Assembly: GCF_006345805.1 (NCBI RefSeq)
Contig: NC_042999.1
Coordinates: 132,246,001 to 132,310,000, forward strand
Length of the DNA stretch: 64,000 nucleotides
Direction: 5' to 3'
From: Octopus sinensis
Taxonomy: Eukaryota
Part shown: one piece after another, positions 49,621-62,006 of the stretch
How the letters are laid out: every line of letters begins with the position of its first letter
Numbering within the stretch: position 1 is the stretch's first letter
Translations under genes and position numbers: made by a program
Notes under the pieces: model-generated
What the model saw: only the letters and a program-made list of their open reading frames with translations
What the model was told of the DNA's origin: nothing
Databases searched by the model: none

Positions 49621-50477
49621 ATGGTCACCCAAATAAACAGGTTATTTATATTAATCAAACAACATATTTTCTCAAAATATTGAATGTTTAACTAAAAAGA
49701 TCAACCCTGTATTTCATGACCATCAGAAATGTTGATTTAAGTACAATTACCGTTATTTTCATAGATGAAATATTTGGTAATACTTAATATTAATTTTAAA
49801 ATATATTTATTTTTGCTAATTTTACCACTTTTCTTGCATGATTCCACTTTTAACGAATGGAAAAATAAAGAGATGTGGTCTTTGATAGATAACTGAGCAT
49901 CTGTCTAATGCTGAGATAGTATTTGATATGTTCATTTGACTAAAAATTTTAATCTGATCTTATATTTTTCATCAGATTATCACTGAAAATCCTCTCTAGA
50001 GCCAAGAAAAATTTTATTCCTGTCTGATAGCAGCTGCTACATTTGTTTGTTTGTTTGTATGTATGTATGTATATATATATTTGAATATTAGCAACACTTC
50101 CATCCATCCATCATCAATCAATCTTCCCTACCCATTGTTCCTGTGAGGGTCATGGTGGTAAAGTTCTCAGGCGTCTCCTCCATAAGTTCCTATCAGAAGC
50201 AACTGTTATTAGACTTTCCAGCTGGATTCTCAAGCGTGATCAACTGAAACTATGGATATTATTCAACCATCTCCTGCTGGTTGGCTCAGCTTGACAAAGC
50301 CATTTTGTAGTTCTTTCCTACAACACCCAACTCACTCACACATTTGTAGTACTGGCTCTGTGACCTCTCAATGCAGTGAGGTAGCAGTGAAACCTGGAGA
50401 GACTCCTTGATCTTTGAGCTATGAACTTTATTGAGTTATGTTACTCAAGGAACCACTTGAAGGAACCACTTTTCATG

Positions 50478-50696
50478 ACTGTACTCTTTCAGTCAACTGT
50501 ACTCTTTCAGTCAACTGTACTCTTTCAGTCAACTGTACTCTTTCAGTCATTATCCAAAATTCATGATGATAGGTGAGGATAGGTACAAAAGCCAAACTGA
50601 AGACCAGCTGCCTTCATACATGACTGTACTCTTTCAGTCATTATGCAATATTTATGACGAAAGGTGAGGATAGGCACGAAAGCCAAATTGAAGACA
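50478..50696. repeat. 18-bp tandem repeat (x4) inside a larger local duplication
   Basis: actgtactctttcagtca runs four times over 50478-50549, with a fifth copy at 50623-50640. The following aggtgaggatagg..aaagccaaa.tgaagac block is also duplicated. Confidence 0.9.
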
Positions 50697-51181
50697 ACAA
50701 TATTTTGGGTTTTTTTTTATCAACTTCTCTTCTGAGGATCAAATGCTAGAGCTGGCACATTACTGTGGCATCACCTATAATTCTAGCATCCAATCAAGCT
50801 TCCTGCTTCCCATCACTTGTATATCATCATCATCATTTAGCATCTGTTTTCCATAGTGGCATGGGTTAGACGGTCTGACTGCAATTTGTAAGCCAGAGAG
50901 CTGCACCAGGTTCCAATCTAATTTAACATGGTTTCTACAGCTGGATGCCCTTCCTAACACCAGTCGCTCCAAGTGTGTAAAGGGTGCCAGTTATGTGACA
51001 CCAGCAAGGGCTACCACTACGATTTCACTTGGCTTGACAAGTCTTCTCAAGCACAGCATATTGCCAAAGGTCTCGGTCACTTGTCATCACCTCTGTGCCA
51101 TGAAAGAACCACATTTTAAAAGTAATAAGAAAAAAACTGATGTTTAATAAACATAATGACTTAACGTACATTCTGTTTCAG

Positions 51182-51252
51182 GGTGCGATGGAAAAGACCC
51201 TCCCCCTACCAATTTACACAGTCGTTGTTGTGGTTCTTCTGAAGTTAGGCAG
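51182..51252 (+). CDS. Candidate exon
   Basis: Branch-like gacttaac plus ttctgtttcag acceptor; weak donor CAG|gtggca. Two frames are open. Confidence 0.2.
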
Positions 51253-51794
51253 GTGGCAATGGGTTCTTCACATAGCTAATATCATCATTATTTTCTTCAA
51301 TTGCCATGGTTTGCACTGGTGCATGCCATGCATCTGCAATCGGCACGTTTGTAGCAGAGCTTAGGCTTGAAAGAGCAGTGGTCCAGTAATGAGAAAAAGA
51401 CCACAGCATATCAGATGGACTTGCCCTGAATTTTGACCAATAGTATTTCAGCTGTAATTGTATGAAAGATGGAATTTTCCATGATTTGCCTGTCAAAATT
51501 TGGTCATAAATATAGAAGTGCAGAACATTCAGTGCAGAAGTCGGGAGAGGTTTCTGACAAGAGAGATGAACACAGGATTCTTGGTTGGCTACTTGTCCTT
51601 GGGTTGATAAGAATCACTTTGTCTGTAAAGCACTTCTCCAAGCATGTGCACAGAACATTCTTAATTCTCACCTCTTGTCACACATGAATATGTAGCTTCC
51701 CATTCTTAGCTAGACATATCATACATATAACTCACCACTGGTAACCAGTGATACAGTGTTTGGTCATTATTACAATCATACAAATCATCATTGT

Positions 51795-52500
51795 CATCAT
51801 CATCATCATATTTGTTTAATGTCTGCTTTCCATGCTGGCATGGGTTGGACAGTTTGACATGGAGGTGGCTAGCAGGGAGCTGTTCAGACTCTAACTGTCT
51901 GTTGTAGCATGGTTTTTATGGCTGGATGCCCTTCCTAATGCCAACCACTTAACACAGTGTGCTGGGTGCTTTTTACATACTGCCAGCATAGATGCGTTAA
52001 CACAGCACCAGCAATGGTCCTTTTTAAGTGACACTTGCAAAGACAAGCCTGTATGTGTGGAAGACAACGATTTTACTTAGCTTGACATGTCTTATCAAGT
52101 ACAGCAAATTTCCACATCTCCCAGTCCCTTGACATTTCCTCAGTGAGGCCCAGCATCTGAAAATCCTTTCTCACCACTTTATCCCATATCTTCCTGGAGC
52201 TATCCCTTTCACAGGTACCCTCCACAATTAGAGCTCAGCACTTCTTTATGCAGCTAACCTCATCACATGACCAAACCAGTGCAGTCTTCTCTCTTGCACA
52301 TATCTGATGCCTCTTATACAGTTTTCCTCTTAAATCATTTACACTCTTTCATGCATGCACACTGACATTACCCATCCAGCAGTTCATGATAGCTTCATTT
52401 CTTTCAAGCCTTCACAAGTTCTCTGTAGTCATAGCCAAGGTTTCACTGCTGTGTAACATAGCTGTATGTGTGCAGGCATCATACAATCTGTCTAAATAAG
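51795..52500 (-). mobile_element. Degraded RTE 3-prime fragment (ORF end plus tail)
   Basis: (CAT)n tail, ttccatgctggcatgggttggac, and a degenerate TLTVEGTC.RG region. Confidence 0.75.
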
Positions 52501-52934
52501 TGATGTCTTCAAAAATATAAAATGGTCTTGGTTTTATATGGGAAACAAGCATGCAATGAAATTCAGCCCGACCAATCATTCAACATCAGTTAATCAAGCT
52601 TCTACATGTTTATCAAGAATGCTGACCCTGAGGATATTATCTTGCACACTGTATTTAATATAGACTTGTATGGCAAGAATAATCAAATAAAATTTTTTAC
52701 AGAAAATAAATTGAAGGATTAGATCCAAAGAGAATTAAATAAGAGGAAGAGTTTTGTGCAAATTTTTTTTTAATTCTATTGAAGTGAAAACAATAAAAAT
52801 CTCTTTATTTAATTATTGGAGATTTTATTTAATCACCGTTGAGTCTGAAATGACAGCAATTCATTTATACAATAAAAGTCATTCATGTTAATCACTTACG
52901 CCAAGAAATGGGAAAATGATTCTGCTGAGATTAT

Positions 52935-53310
52935 TGTGTGATAAGAAGTTTGCTTCCCAACCACAGGGTTCCAGGTTCAGACCCACTGCATGACACCTGG
53001 GGCAAGTGTCTTCTACTATAGCCCTGTGAATGGATTTGGCAGACAGAAACTGAAAGAAGCCTGGCATATATATATGTATGTCTACATGTGTGTGTTTTTG
53101 TGTCTGTATTTGTGTCTCACCACTGTTTGTCAGTTGACGTCAATGTGTTTACATCCCTGTAACTTAGTGGTTCAGCAAAAAGACCAGTGGAATGAGTACG
53201 AAGCTGTAAAAATTAAGTGTTAGGGTTGATTTATTCAACTGAAATTTTGCAAGATAGTGCCCTAGCATGGTCACAGTCTAATGATTGAAACAAGCAAAAG
53301 AAAAGATAAA

Positions 53311-53315
<5 letters not shown>
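52935..53315 (+). mobile_element. SINE family B
   Basis: ttcccaaccacagggttccaggttcagacccactgc ... gaaacaagcaaaagaaaagataaaag. Confidence 0.8.
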
Positions 53316-53351
<36 letters not shown>

Positions 53352-53353
53352 CA

Positions 53354-53388
<35 letters not shown>

Positions 53389-53434
53389 TTACATATATAA
53401 TCTTTTTCTATATTTATGTATCTATGTATTTGTC

Positions 53435-53437
<3 letters not shown>

Positions 53438-53502
<65 letters not shown>
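53438..53502. repeat. (CA)n microsatellite
   Basis: Direct observation. Confidence 0.95.
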
Positions 53503-53503
<1 letters not shown>

Positions 53504-54197
53504 TTGTATATATAAAAAATAATATGCAGGAAACAGGTGTGGTATTCAAAGCTTTATAGGACCTGCATTCATTTAATCATAATGCCAAAATAACTACAGA
53601 ACAGATGTAGAAACAATATGCAATCATGCATTTCATCTCATCAGTTTCCCACTGTAAAAAGTAGGACACAGATGAGGTGAAATGTATGGTGCCATAATGT
53701 TTCTACTTCTGTTATGTAATTATTTCGGCACTTTGCTGAGATGTGTGTCTGTGCTATAAAACTATGAATGCCACACCTGTTTTCTGCTTATTAATTTTTT
53801 TATTATTATTATTTGGCTTGTATACTGCACTTTAGCCTTTCATGAGTTTGGTGTCCTGCGTTGTACTATACTACATACTGGAGTGGATTGCAGAGTCTAC
53901 TACTGAATGCAGTATTGGTTGTGTGTCACACTTTACTGTGCCTCCTTTTTGATGTGGTTCGGCAAAAAGACTAATGGAATAAGTAAACAGGCTTCAAAAA
54001 GAAAAGAAAAAAGCACCATGTTCAGTTCATTTAACTGAAAATTTTGAAGATGGTGCTCCAGCATGGCAGCAAATCTAATAACTGAAACAAATAAAAGATA
54101 ATAGATAATATTCTTTTATTCTTTTACTTGTTTTAGTCATTAGACTACAGCCATGCTGGAGCACCACATATATATATAATACATATAATATACATTC

Positions 54198-54228
<31 letters not shown>

Positions 54229-54242
54229 TATGCATATATATA

Positions 54243-54850
54243 TACTCTTTTACTCTTTTACTTGTTTCAGTCATTTGACTGGGGCCATGCTGGAGCACCG
54301 CCTTTAGTCAAGCAAATCGACCCCAGGACTTATTCTTTGTAAGCCTAGGACTTATCCTATTGGTCTCTTTTGCCAAACTGCTAAGTTACGGGGATGTAAA
54401 CACACCTGTATCGGTTGTCAAGCGATGTTGGGGGGGGGGGGACAAACACAGACACACAAACACATGCACACACACATACATATCTGGGGCCATGCTGGAG
54501 CACCGCCTTTAGTCAAGCAAATCGACCCCAGGACTTATTCTTTGTAAGCCTAGGACTTATCCTATTGGTCTCTTTTGCCAAACTGCTAAGTTACGGGGAT
54601 GTAAACACACCTGTATCGGTTGTCAAGCGATGTTGGGGGGGGGACAAACACAGACACACAAACACATGCACACACACATACATATATATGACGAGCTTCT
54701 TTCAGTTTCCGTCTACCAAATCCACTCACAAGGCTTTGGTCAGCCTGAGGCTATAGTAGAAGACACTTGCCCAAGGTGTCACGCAGTGGGACTGAACGCA
54801 GAACCATGTGGCTCGTAAGCAAGCTACTTACCACACATCCACTCCTATAA
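54243..54850 (-). mobile_element. SINE family B with an internal 205-bp tandem duplication
   Basis: 54279-54483 is repeated at 54484-54680. Confidence 0.9.
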
Positions 54851-55019
54851 TATCTATATATATATGATAGATGTATATAGGCACAGGCGTAGCTGTGTGG
54901 TAATAAGCTGGCTTCCCAACCACATAATTCTGGATTCAGTCCTGCTGTGTGACACTTTGGGCAAGTGTCTTGTACTATAGCCTTGGGCCGACCAAAGGCT
55001 TGTGAATGGATTTGTGAGG

Positions 55020-55469
55020 CAGTGCTGGAATAGCCATTAAACAAAAACATATGCTTAGGGCATCAAGGGAAGTGGGACATCACAGAAATGATAAATGGTT
55101 TACAATACAAAAGAAATTGCTTTAAAATTACTAAAATATTTGAAGTGATTTATATGATCAGAAATATAATTTCAAATGTTTGTGATGCCATATTGAGAAT
55201 CTGATCAATGACTTTGCAATTAAAAAAATTAAGAGAAAACTTTTCAAATATAAATAAAGTGTAAGTATACAAAAATAAACATTATTTTCCATTTTACTGT
55301 TAGTTATGTGTGATTTTGAAAAATAAAATTTATTTTATGGTTTATTATTGTTTATATTTATTATTGTTATATAAATGGGGCACCAAAATATATTTATTAT
55401 TGTTTATATAAATGGGGCACCAAAATCTTTTAAGTGCTTAGGGCCTCTGTGGGTCTTAATCCAGCCCTG
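55020..55469. mobile_element. hAT-like MITE joining a truncated SINE and a truncated RTE
   Basis: CAGTGCTGGAATA at the left end and TTAATCCAGCCCTG at the right end. No matching 8-bp TSD. Confidence 0.5.
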
Positions 55470-56070
55470 TACAGAGGTTTATCTTTGGTTAGGTATTAAT
55501 TCTGCAGCTGTCTTAACAGAAATGTAGCATCAGCGGTGCTTCTCCCAAGCACAAAACCAAACTGCATCTCATCTACACTAACTCTCTCCCTTATTAGTTG
55601 GGCTATAACTCTCACTGTAACTTTCATCACCTGATCCAACAATTTGATATCTCTGTAATTATTTCTATCTAAGGCATCACCTTTACCTTTGTAGCATGGA
55701 TATAACTCCTTCATGTACCATCTGGTTAACTATACTAGTGACTAGACCATAGCCTACACTGCCAGATATTTTAAGCATCTCAGCGGTGATTCCTGATGGG
55801 CCAGGGGCTTTCCTTGTCTTCATATCCTTATTTGCTTTATCTACCAAGGTATTGTTGACTTGGATAGCTCATCCCTCAGTTGGGTCAAAATGTGGCAGAC
55901 TCTCTTTCTCCTATTCATTCTCTTTATTTAAAAGCCTTTCATAGTGGCGTTTCCAAGCCCTTTCTTTGCAGGATCATTAAATGCAAGTGAATCATCATTC
56001 ATGTGGACATATAGTTCTCTCCTATGACATCGCAATTTTCTCTCACACACTGTCTTGCAATCCAAAACAG
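55470..56070 (-). mobile_element. RTE LINE fragment (linker to the first RT motifs)
   Basis: KGKGDALDRNNYRDIKLLDQVMKV..QFGFVLGRSTADATFLLRQLQ. Confidence 0.9.
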
Positions 56071-56077
56071 TTCGTAC

Positions 56078-58235
56078 ATCATCATCATCATTGTTTAACG
56101 CCTTCTTTCCATGCTAGCATGGGTTGGACGATTTGACTGAGGAGTGGCAAACCAGATGGCTGCACCAGGCTACAATCTGATCTGGCAGAGTTTCTACAGC
56201 TGGATGCCCTTCCTAATGCCGACCAGTCTGAGAGTGTAGTGGGTGCTTTTACTGGCAATGGCCAATCTCAAATGGTGTTTTTTACATGCCACCTGCATAA
56301 GAGCCAGTCCACTGGCACTGGCATCGACCTCATTCGAATGTTTTTTCACGTGTCACCAGCATAAGTGCCAGTAAGGTGACGCTCGTAACGATCACGCTCG
56401 AATCGTGCTTTTTATGTGCCACTGGCATGGAAGCCAGTTAGCTACTCTGGCAACGATCATGCTCGGATGGTGCTCTTAGCGCTCCTCTAGCATGGACGCC
56501 AGTCATCAAATTTGATTTCGATTTCACTTGCCTCAACAGGTCTTTGCAAGCAGAGTTTAGTGTCCAATGAAGGAAAGGTATGAATAAGTGGGCTGGTTAC
56601 ACCCCTGGTATATGCCATAAGGTTATGGTCTCACTTGGCTTGCAGGGTCTTCTCAAGTACAGCATATTTCCAGAGGCCTCGGTCACTAGTCATTGCCTTG
56701 GTGAGGCCTAACGTTCGAAGGTCATGCTTTACCACCTCATCCCAGGACTTCCTGGGTCTACCTCTTCCACAGGTTCCCTCAACCGCTAGGGTGTGGCACT
56801 TTTTCACACAGCTATTCTCATCCATTCTCACCACATGACCATGCCAGCACAGTCGTTTCTCTTGCACACCACATCTAATGCTTCTTTGGTCCAACTTTTC
56901 TCTCAAGGTACTTACACACTGTCGAGTATGCACATTGACATTACACATTCATCGGAGCATACTGGCTTCATTCCTTGCGGGCTTACGCATGTCCTCAGCA
57001 GTCACAGCCCATGTTTCACATGCGTCATACAGTCTGCCTTTTACTTTGAGTGAGAGGCCTTTTGTCACCAGCAAAGGTAAGAGCTCTCTGAACTTTGCCC
57101 AGGCTATTATTCTAGCAGCTACACTTTCAGTGCACCCTCCCCCGCTACTGACTTGGTCACGTAGGTAACGGAAGCTATCAACTACTTCTAGTTTTTCTCC
57201 CTGGAATGTGGCGGAAGTTGTTCTCTGCACATTTTCAGTGTTTATTGCTCCTGAGCATCTTCCACATACAAAAACTATCTTCCCAGTTAGCCTTCCTTTG
57301 ATATTGTCGCACCTCTTATGTGTCCATAGCTTACACTGGGTACATCTTATAGAGTTTCTACCTATGCCTTTTCTACAGATTGAGCAGGGCCATCTACCTG
57401 AAAGGATTTGTAGTTTGCCTGCCTTCCTACTTATTAGAACTTTGGTTTTAGCTAGGTTGATTCCTAGGCCCTTCGATTCTAATACTTGTTTCCACACCTG
57501 AAACTTCTCCTCTAGTTCTGACAGTGACTCAGCAATTAGAGCAAGGTCGTCAGCATAGAGGAACTCCCAGGAGCATCCTGTCTTGCATTCCTCTGTTATT
57601 GCCTGGAAGACTATGATAAATAGGAGGGGGCTGAGGACTGAACCTTGGTGGACACCAACTTCTACCTGGAATTCTTCACTATACTTGTTGCCAATTCTCA
57701 CCTTACTGACAGCGTCCATATACATAGCTTGCACAGCTCTCACTAACCATTAATCTATCCCTAGTTTTCTCATTGACCACCAGATAAGGGATCGGGGGAC
57801 CTTATCAAAGGCTTTCTCCTTGTCAACAAAAGCCAGGTTCAGAGGTTTATCTTTGGCTAGGTATTTCTCCTAAGGCGGCGAGCTGGCAGAATCGTTAGCA
57901 CACCGGGCGAAATGCTTAGCGGTATTTCGTCTGCAGTTACATTCTGAGTTCAAATTCCGCCAAGGTCGACTTTGCCTTTCATCCTTTCGGGGTCGATTAA
58001 ATAAGTACCAGTTACGCACTGGGGTCGATGTAATCGACTTAATACCTATGTCTGTCCTTGTTTGTCCCCTCTATGTTTGGCCCCTTGTGGGTATTAAAGA
58101 AATAGGTATTTCTCCTGCAGCTGTCTTACCAGAAATATAGCATCAGTGGTGCTTTCCCCTGGCATGAACCCAAACTGCATCTCATCTAAACTGACTCACT
58201 CCCTAATTTGTTGGGCTATGACCCTCTCCGTGACC
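56078..58235 (-). mobile_element. 5-prime-truncated RTE LINE (RT with PHD-like insertion, 3-prime UTR, (GAT)n tail), interrupted by a SINE
   Basis: QFGFMPG.STTDAIFLVRQLQEK, GVHQGSVLSPLLF, FLYADDL, CSIC..CTQC..H..C..CGRC, LEVVDSFRYL and GTCGRGRPRKSW. Confidence 0.95.
57872..58102 (+). mobile_element. Young family A SINE inserted antisense into the RTE RT domain
   Basis: Perfect 14-bp TSD taggtatttctcct at 57858-57871 and 58103-58116. Confidence 0.95.
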
Positions 58236-58475
58236 TTATAGATATAAATACAAATTATATAATAGGCTTCTTTCAGATTCCATCACAAGATTCTGGTCAA
58301 TCTAGAGTCATAGTACAAGACACTTGCCAAGCTGCCACAGTGTGATTGAACCTGCAACAATGTGGAACCATACATCCATACGAAAACTTTATCATCAAAT
58401 AGAAGTTGTGGAAACAAAAAAAAAATTCACTGCTGAGCAATACAAAAGTAAAACTTCTTTCTTACATTTAAAAAG

Positions 58476-58487
58476 AAAAAAAAAAAA
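58476..58487 (-). terminator. Pol III terminator (T12) of tRNA-Phe
   Basis: The A12 run on + is T12 on -, 18 nt downstream of the tRNA 3-prime end. Confidence 0.8.
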
Positions 58488-58505
58488 TTTGTGCCAACCA
58501 CCGGA

Positions 58506-58578
58506 TGCCGAAACCCGGGATCGAACCAGGGACCTTTAGATCTTCAGTCTAACGCTCTCCCAACTGAGCTATTTCGGC
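58506..58578 (-). tRNA. trnF: tRNA-Phe(GAA), intact, no intron
   Basis: Reverse complement GCCGAAATAGCTCAGTTGGGAGAGCGTTAGACTGAAGATCTAAAGGTCCCTGGTTCGATCCCGGGTTTCGGCA (73 nt). Full cloverleaf, GAA anticodon, intact A and B boxes. Confidence 0.98.
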
Positions 58579-58700
58579 TGGCAGTTGAAGTGGTCCATAA
58601 TAATGCTTTTATTGAAAGCCCATTCTGTTTCTACTGCTGATTTTATTCACTTATGTCGTAGGTTATCGTAGCAACTGTAAACAGCAGCTAGAGAATATTG

Positions 58701-58712
58701 TGTGACGTCACA
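58701..58712. promoter_or_regulatory. CRE-like palindrome TGTGACGTCACA upstream of the tRNA
   Basis: Perfect 12-bp palindrome containing TGACGTCA in a CpG-retaining stretch. Confidence 0.35.
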
Positions 58713-59585
58713 GCTCAACCGTCTGCAGCTATCTTGTTTCTCCAGTTACTACGTTCTGTCTTCTTTCAACCACTCATTCATATTGCGAAGACAAGCTACC
58801 ATCAAAATAATTCTTAATCGGATGGCGGTACATTAACAGAATCGTTAGATCGTCGAATAAAATGCCTTTTTTTTTAAATATTTAATTGCGTCGCTTTACT
58901 TACTGTGTTCAATTCCCGCCGAAATCATCTTTCCCTTTCGTTCTTTCCGGGTCGATTAAATAAATTACTAATCAAGGCAATGTGGGGTATATATATAAAT
59001 TTTGTTTCTTTATAACTTTTTGGAAAATGAATTTTTTATTTTCTAACGAAATTTTCTACGAATAGGTTTCTGATAATTAGATTGATATTATACCGGAATT
59101 TGACGTGTGAAAAAAAGTGTGTACGTGCGTGTATGTGTATGTTGTGGGGAGGTGTACAGATGTGTGTTTATGTGAGACCTAACTGTCTTTGTATTTAGTA
59201 TGAAGAATATTACCCTGCGTTAAATTCACGCTTCATCTAAATGTATGAGGTAACAACGTCATTATGTGAATTATCACCCTCACCTCGATTTTTTTTTTCT
59301 TTTCCCATCAAATTCGGAAAGGATTTTAATGTACTCCTGAAATGTATTAGAAAATTTTTATTGAGAAATAGCTATTTTACCAAAAGTTATGACGAAACAA
59401 AACCAAAGAATGTGAATTTTTCAAAACTTGTCTCCACCATCAAAATGACTTCTCAGTAAATTCTGATATAATCTACACCATATAAAATGTATCCCAGGAA
59501 AATTTCATTACGAATATGAAGAAACAAAGTTGGGGATGAGGCCACATATCTGTAGTTATACCCTAATCAACAACTGGATTCGATA

Positions 59586-60395
59586 TAAAGGGTTTGGGCT
59601 AAATTTGATACTCTACATAAAAGGAAAGGAAAACAACATCCCATCCAAAAAAAAAACCCAAAAAACAAATACGTTATGACTGGGCCATAACAGTTTACTC
59701 AAATTGGCCGCTCTAAGCTTCCACCATGGCCTGAAAACGACTTGGGAACCTGGTGCATTCGTTCCTCACTGTATCTCTGGGAATAATTTAAATACCACCA
59801 GCTCAGCCTTCCTGTTGCAGGCAGAGTGGTTGATGTCTTCCTTAACTGCACTCTACACATGGGATTAGAATCAGGGGAATTAGGAAGTCAGAAATTGGAG
59901 CTAGTGAAGGCATAAAAATTCTCCGACAACCACTTCTGACTGTTTACAGAAGTATGGCAAGGAGTCAAATCTGAATGTCAAATATATGACCTTCCAGCAG
60001 CAACCCTCTTCAGTCAGGGTTTGACCACATTTGCTATCAGTTTCACATAGCTGTCTGAATAGAGCCTAATGCTTCTGTTCAAAGATGTGGTGTGACATGA
60101 CATCACCCTCACTTTGTTTTTCGTGTCTCTGTCATGTCTCACAGCCTTTCCAGTGTTCACAGAGTATTGAGCAGCAGAGACGATGTCGGCATTTTGATAC
60201 CCAGCACAAATCATCATGATACAGGTCACTCTTTCCAAATATTCAGATGGCTTCCAGTCTTCTTTGTCAGCTAACTTTTTCTTAACTACAACTTCAATCT
60301 TTATGCTCTCCAATGCTGTTGAGTGTTCACCAATTCATCAAGCTGTTCCTGAAAAATAGAAAACATAAAATTGTCATATTTAGCCCAACACCTTG
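59586..60395 (-). mobile_element. Internally deleted mariner (DD37D/maT-like) element
   Basis: Imperfect TIRs (..GGGCTAAAT.TGA) with TA flanks. The relic reads an HTH-like region, then VVKP*LKRVAAGRSYI*HSD..QKWLSENF..PNSPDSNPM..GQFE*. Confidence 0.8.
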
Positions 60396-60813
60396 TAATT
60401 AAAATTCTGTCCTTGTGCTTATGCAACATTAGTGGTTAAGGTGATAGTCATTGGTTCCATTCCAGGAATGAGAGGCATATTGCATCTTTGAGCAAGGATC
60501 TTTATTTCACATTGCTCATGTGAGCCAAGTGCTGGTACAGCCCTTTCTCTTTCCAGTTGTCACATTTTGGATGCTCTACTGATGCAAGGATGGAAGGGCC
60601 AAGAGGGTAGCTGTAACTGGATATGAACTGCAAGGTTGAGTAAAGGAAAGAACATCTAGGAGGTTGCTTGAGTATTAGAAATAGCAACCAAATCATGCCA
60701 TACCTTCTTAAAAAAGGACAAGAAAGGTTACCTTAGAAAATACAGCCCAAGGTGAACTATGCCTACAAAAAAAAAAAAAAAAAAAATAGACTTGGTGCTC
60801 CCAGGTAGAACAC

Positions 60814-61093
60814 TGTGGTGTGCGCGAGGTAGTCAATATATAACAGCACCTACCTTCTCTTCGCTCTGATAGAGACCCTTCAGTGGTAACAGATCCTTCG
60901 TCACAGCCCCGACCCAAACGCTAATGATAGCAGCTGCTTCACCCAACCTTAGCAACGTCTTCACACATCTTAACACCTCGACGACCCTCGTTGGAAAGGC
61001 CGAAATCCCCGCTCCCTGCGCACGCCTCACAGCTGCCCCTTCCGGTTGCCCCAACTTCCGGTCAACGCACCCAGCTGCTGACGTCATCCCACA
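60814..61093. mobile_element. Solo LTR (young, GC- and CpG-rich)
   Basis: TGTGG...CCACA termini with 5-bp flanks aacac / agcac; 280 bp. Confidence 0.7.
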
Positions 61094-61509
61094 AGCACTT
61101 TAGATCTATTATCACTCATTCAGGTTGATGCTAACCCCTCTTGCTGCTCTGTCAGGGAAAAGTGACCCTGTTGTCTGTGTCACCTTTGTGTAGCTATGGT
61201 TGTCAGTGTACCTATATATGTCATTTCATTACTTTCCTTTCACTACATGATTATCATCATCCTCATTATCATCATTGTTTTGACATCCATTTTTTTCCAT
61301 GCTAGCATGGGTTTGATGGAATTTGTTGAGGCACATTTTGTTCAGCTGGATGCCCTTCCTGTTGCCAACCCTCAGCTGTTTCCAAGTAAGGTAATATAAT
61401 TCTCCATGGTTGAACATGTTTTCACGGAAGATTAGAAACAAAGGACACCACATGCATGATGGTGATACTCATTTACAGCTATCAGGCAAAGTCAAGGCAA
61501 GCAGACAGT

Positions 61510-61772
61510 AAAACACACACACACACACTCACATACATGTACACTACGTATACACACAAACACTCACATACATATACACATATGCACACACACGCACACA
61601 CATGTGCATGCAGACACACACTCACAGACACACACACTCACACACACCTGTACACAACAGGTGTACACATACATATACACATACATACCCACACACAAAC
61701 TCACATACATATGCACATACATACACACACACACAAACTCACATACACATACATGCACACAAACACACACGC
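61510..61772. repeat. Degenerate (CA)n tract
   Basis: Direct observation. Confidence 0.9.
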
Positions 61773-62006
61773 ATTGCTCCCCTGGTGTATTTACTATCAG
61801 TCTAATTGTTGAACTGCACAGTGACTTTGGTTAAAGTGAGGAAAATTTAAACATTTCATTAAGCTCAGTTTATCATCTCCCTCTCTCTCGCTCTCCACTG
61901 TTCTAGCACTCACTCCTTTTACAATAACAGCTTTATAACAATACATTGAAAGCAGTTTGACTATACCCATACATCAGAGGTCACAGCTTATCCATACTTA
62001 GTTTAC

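Noticed and set aside
50478-50640. CRISPR-like direct repeats
   Set aside because: The units are contiguous with no unique spacers, there are no cas genes, and the context is eukaryotic.
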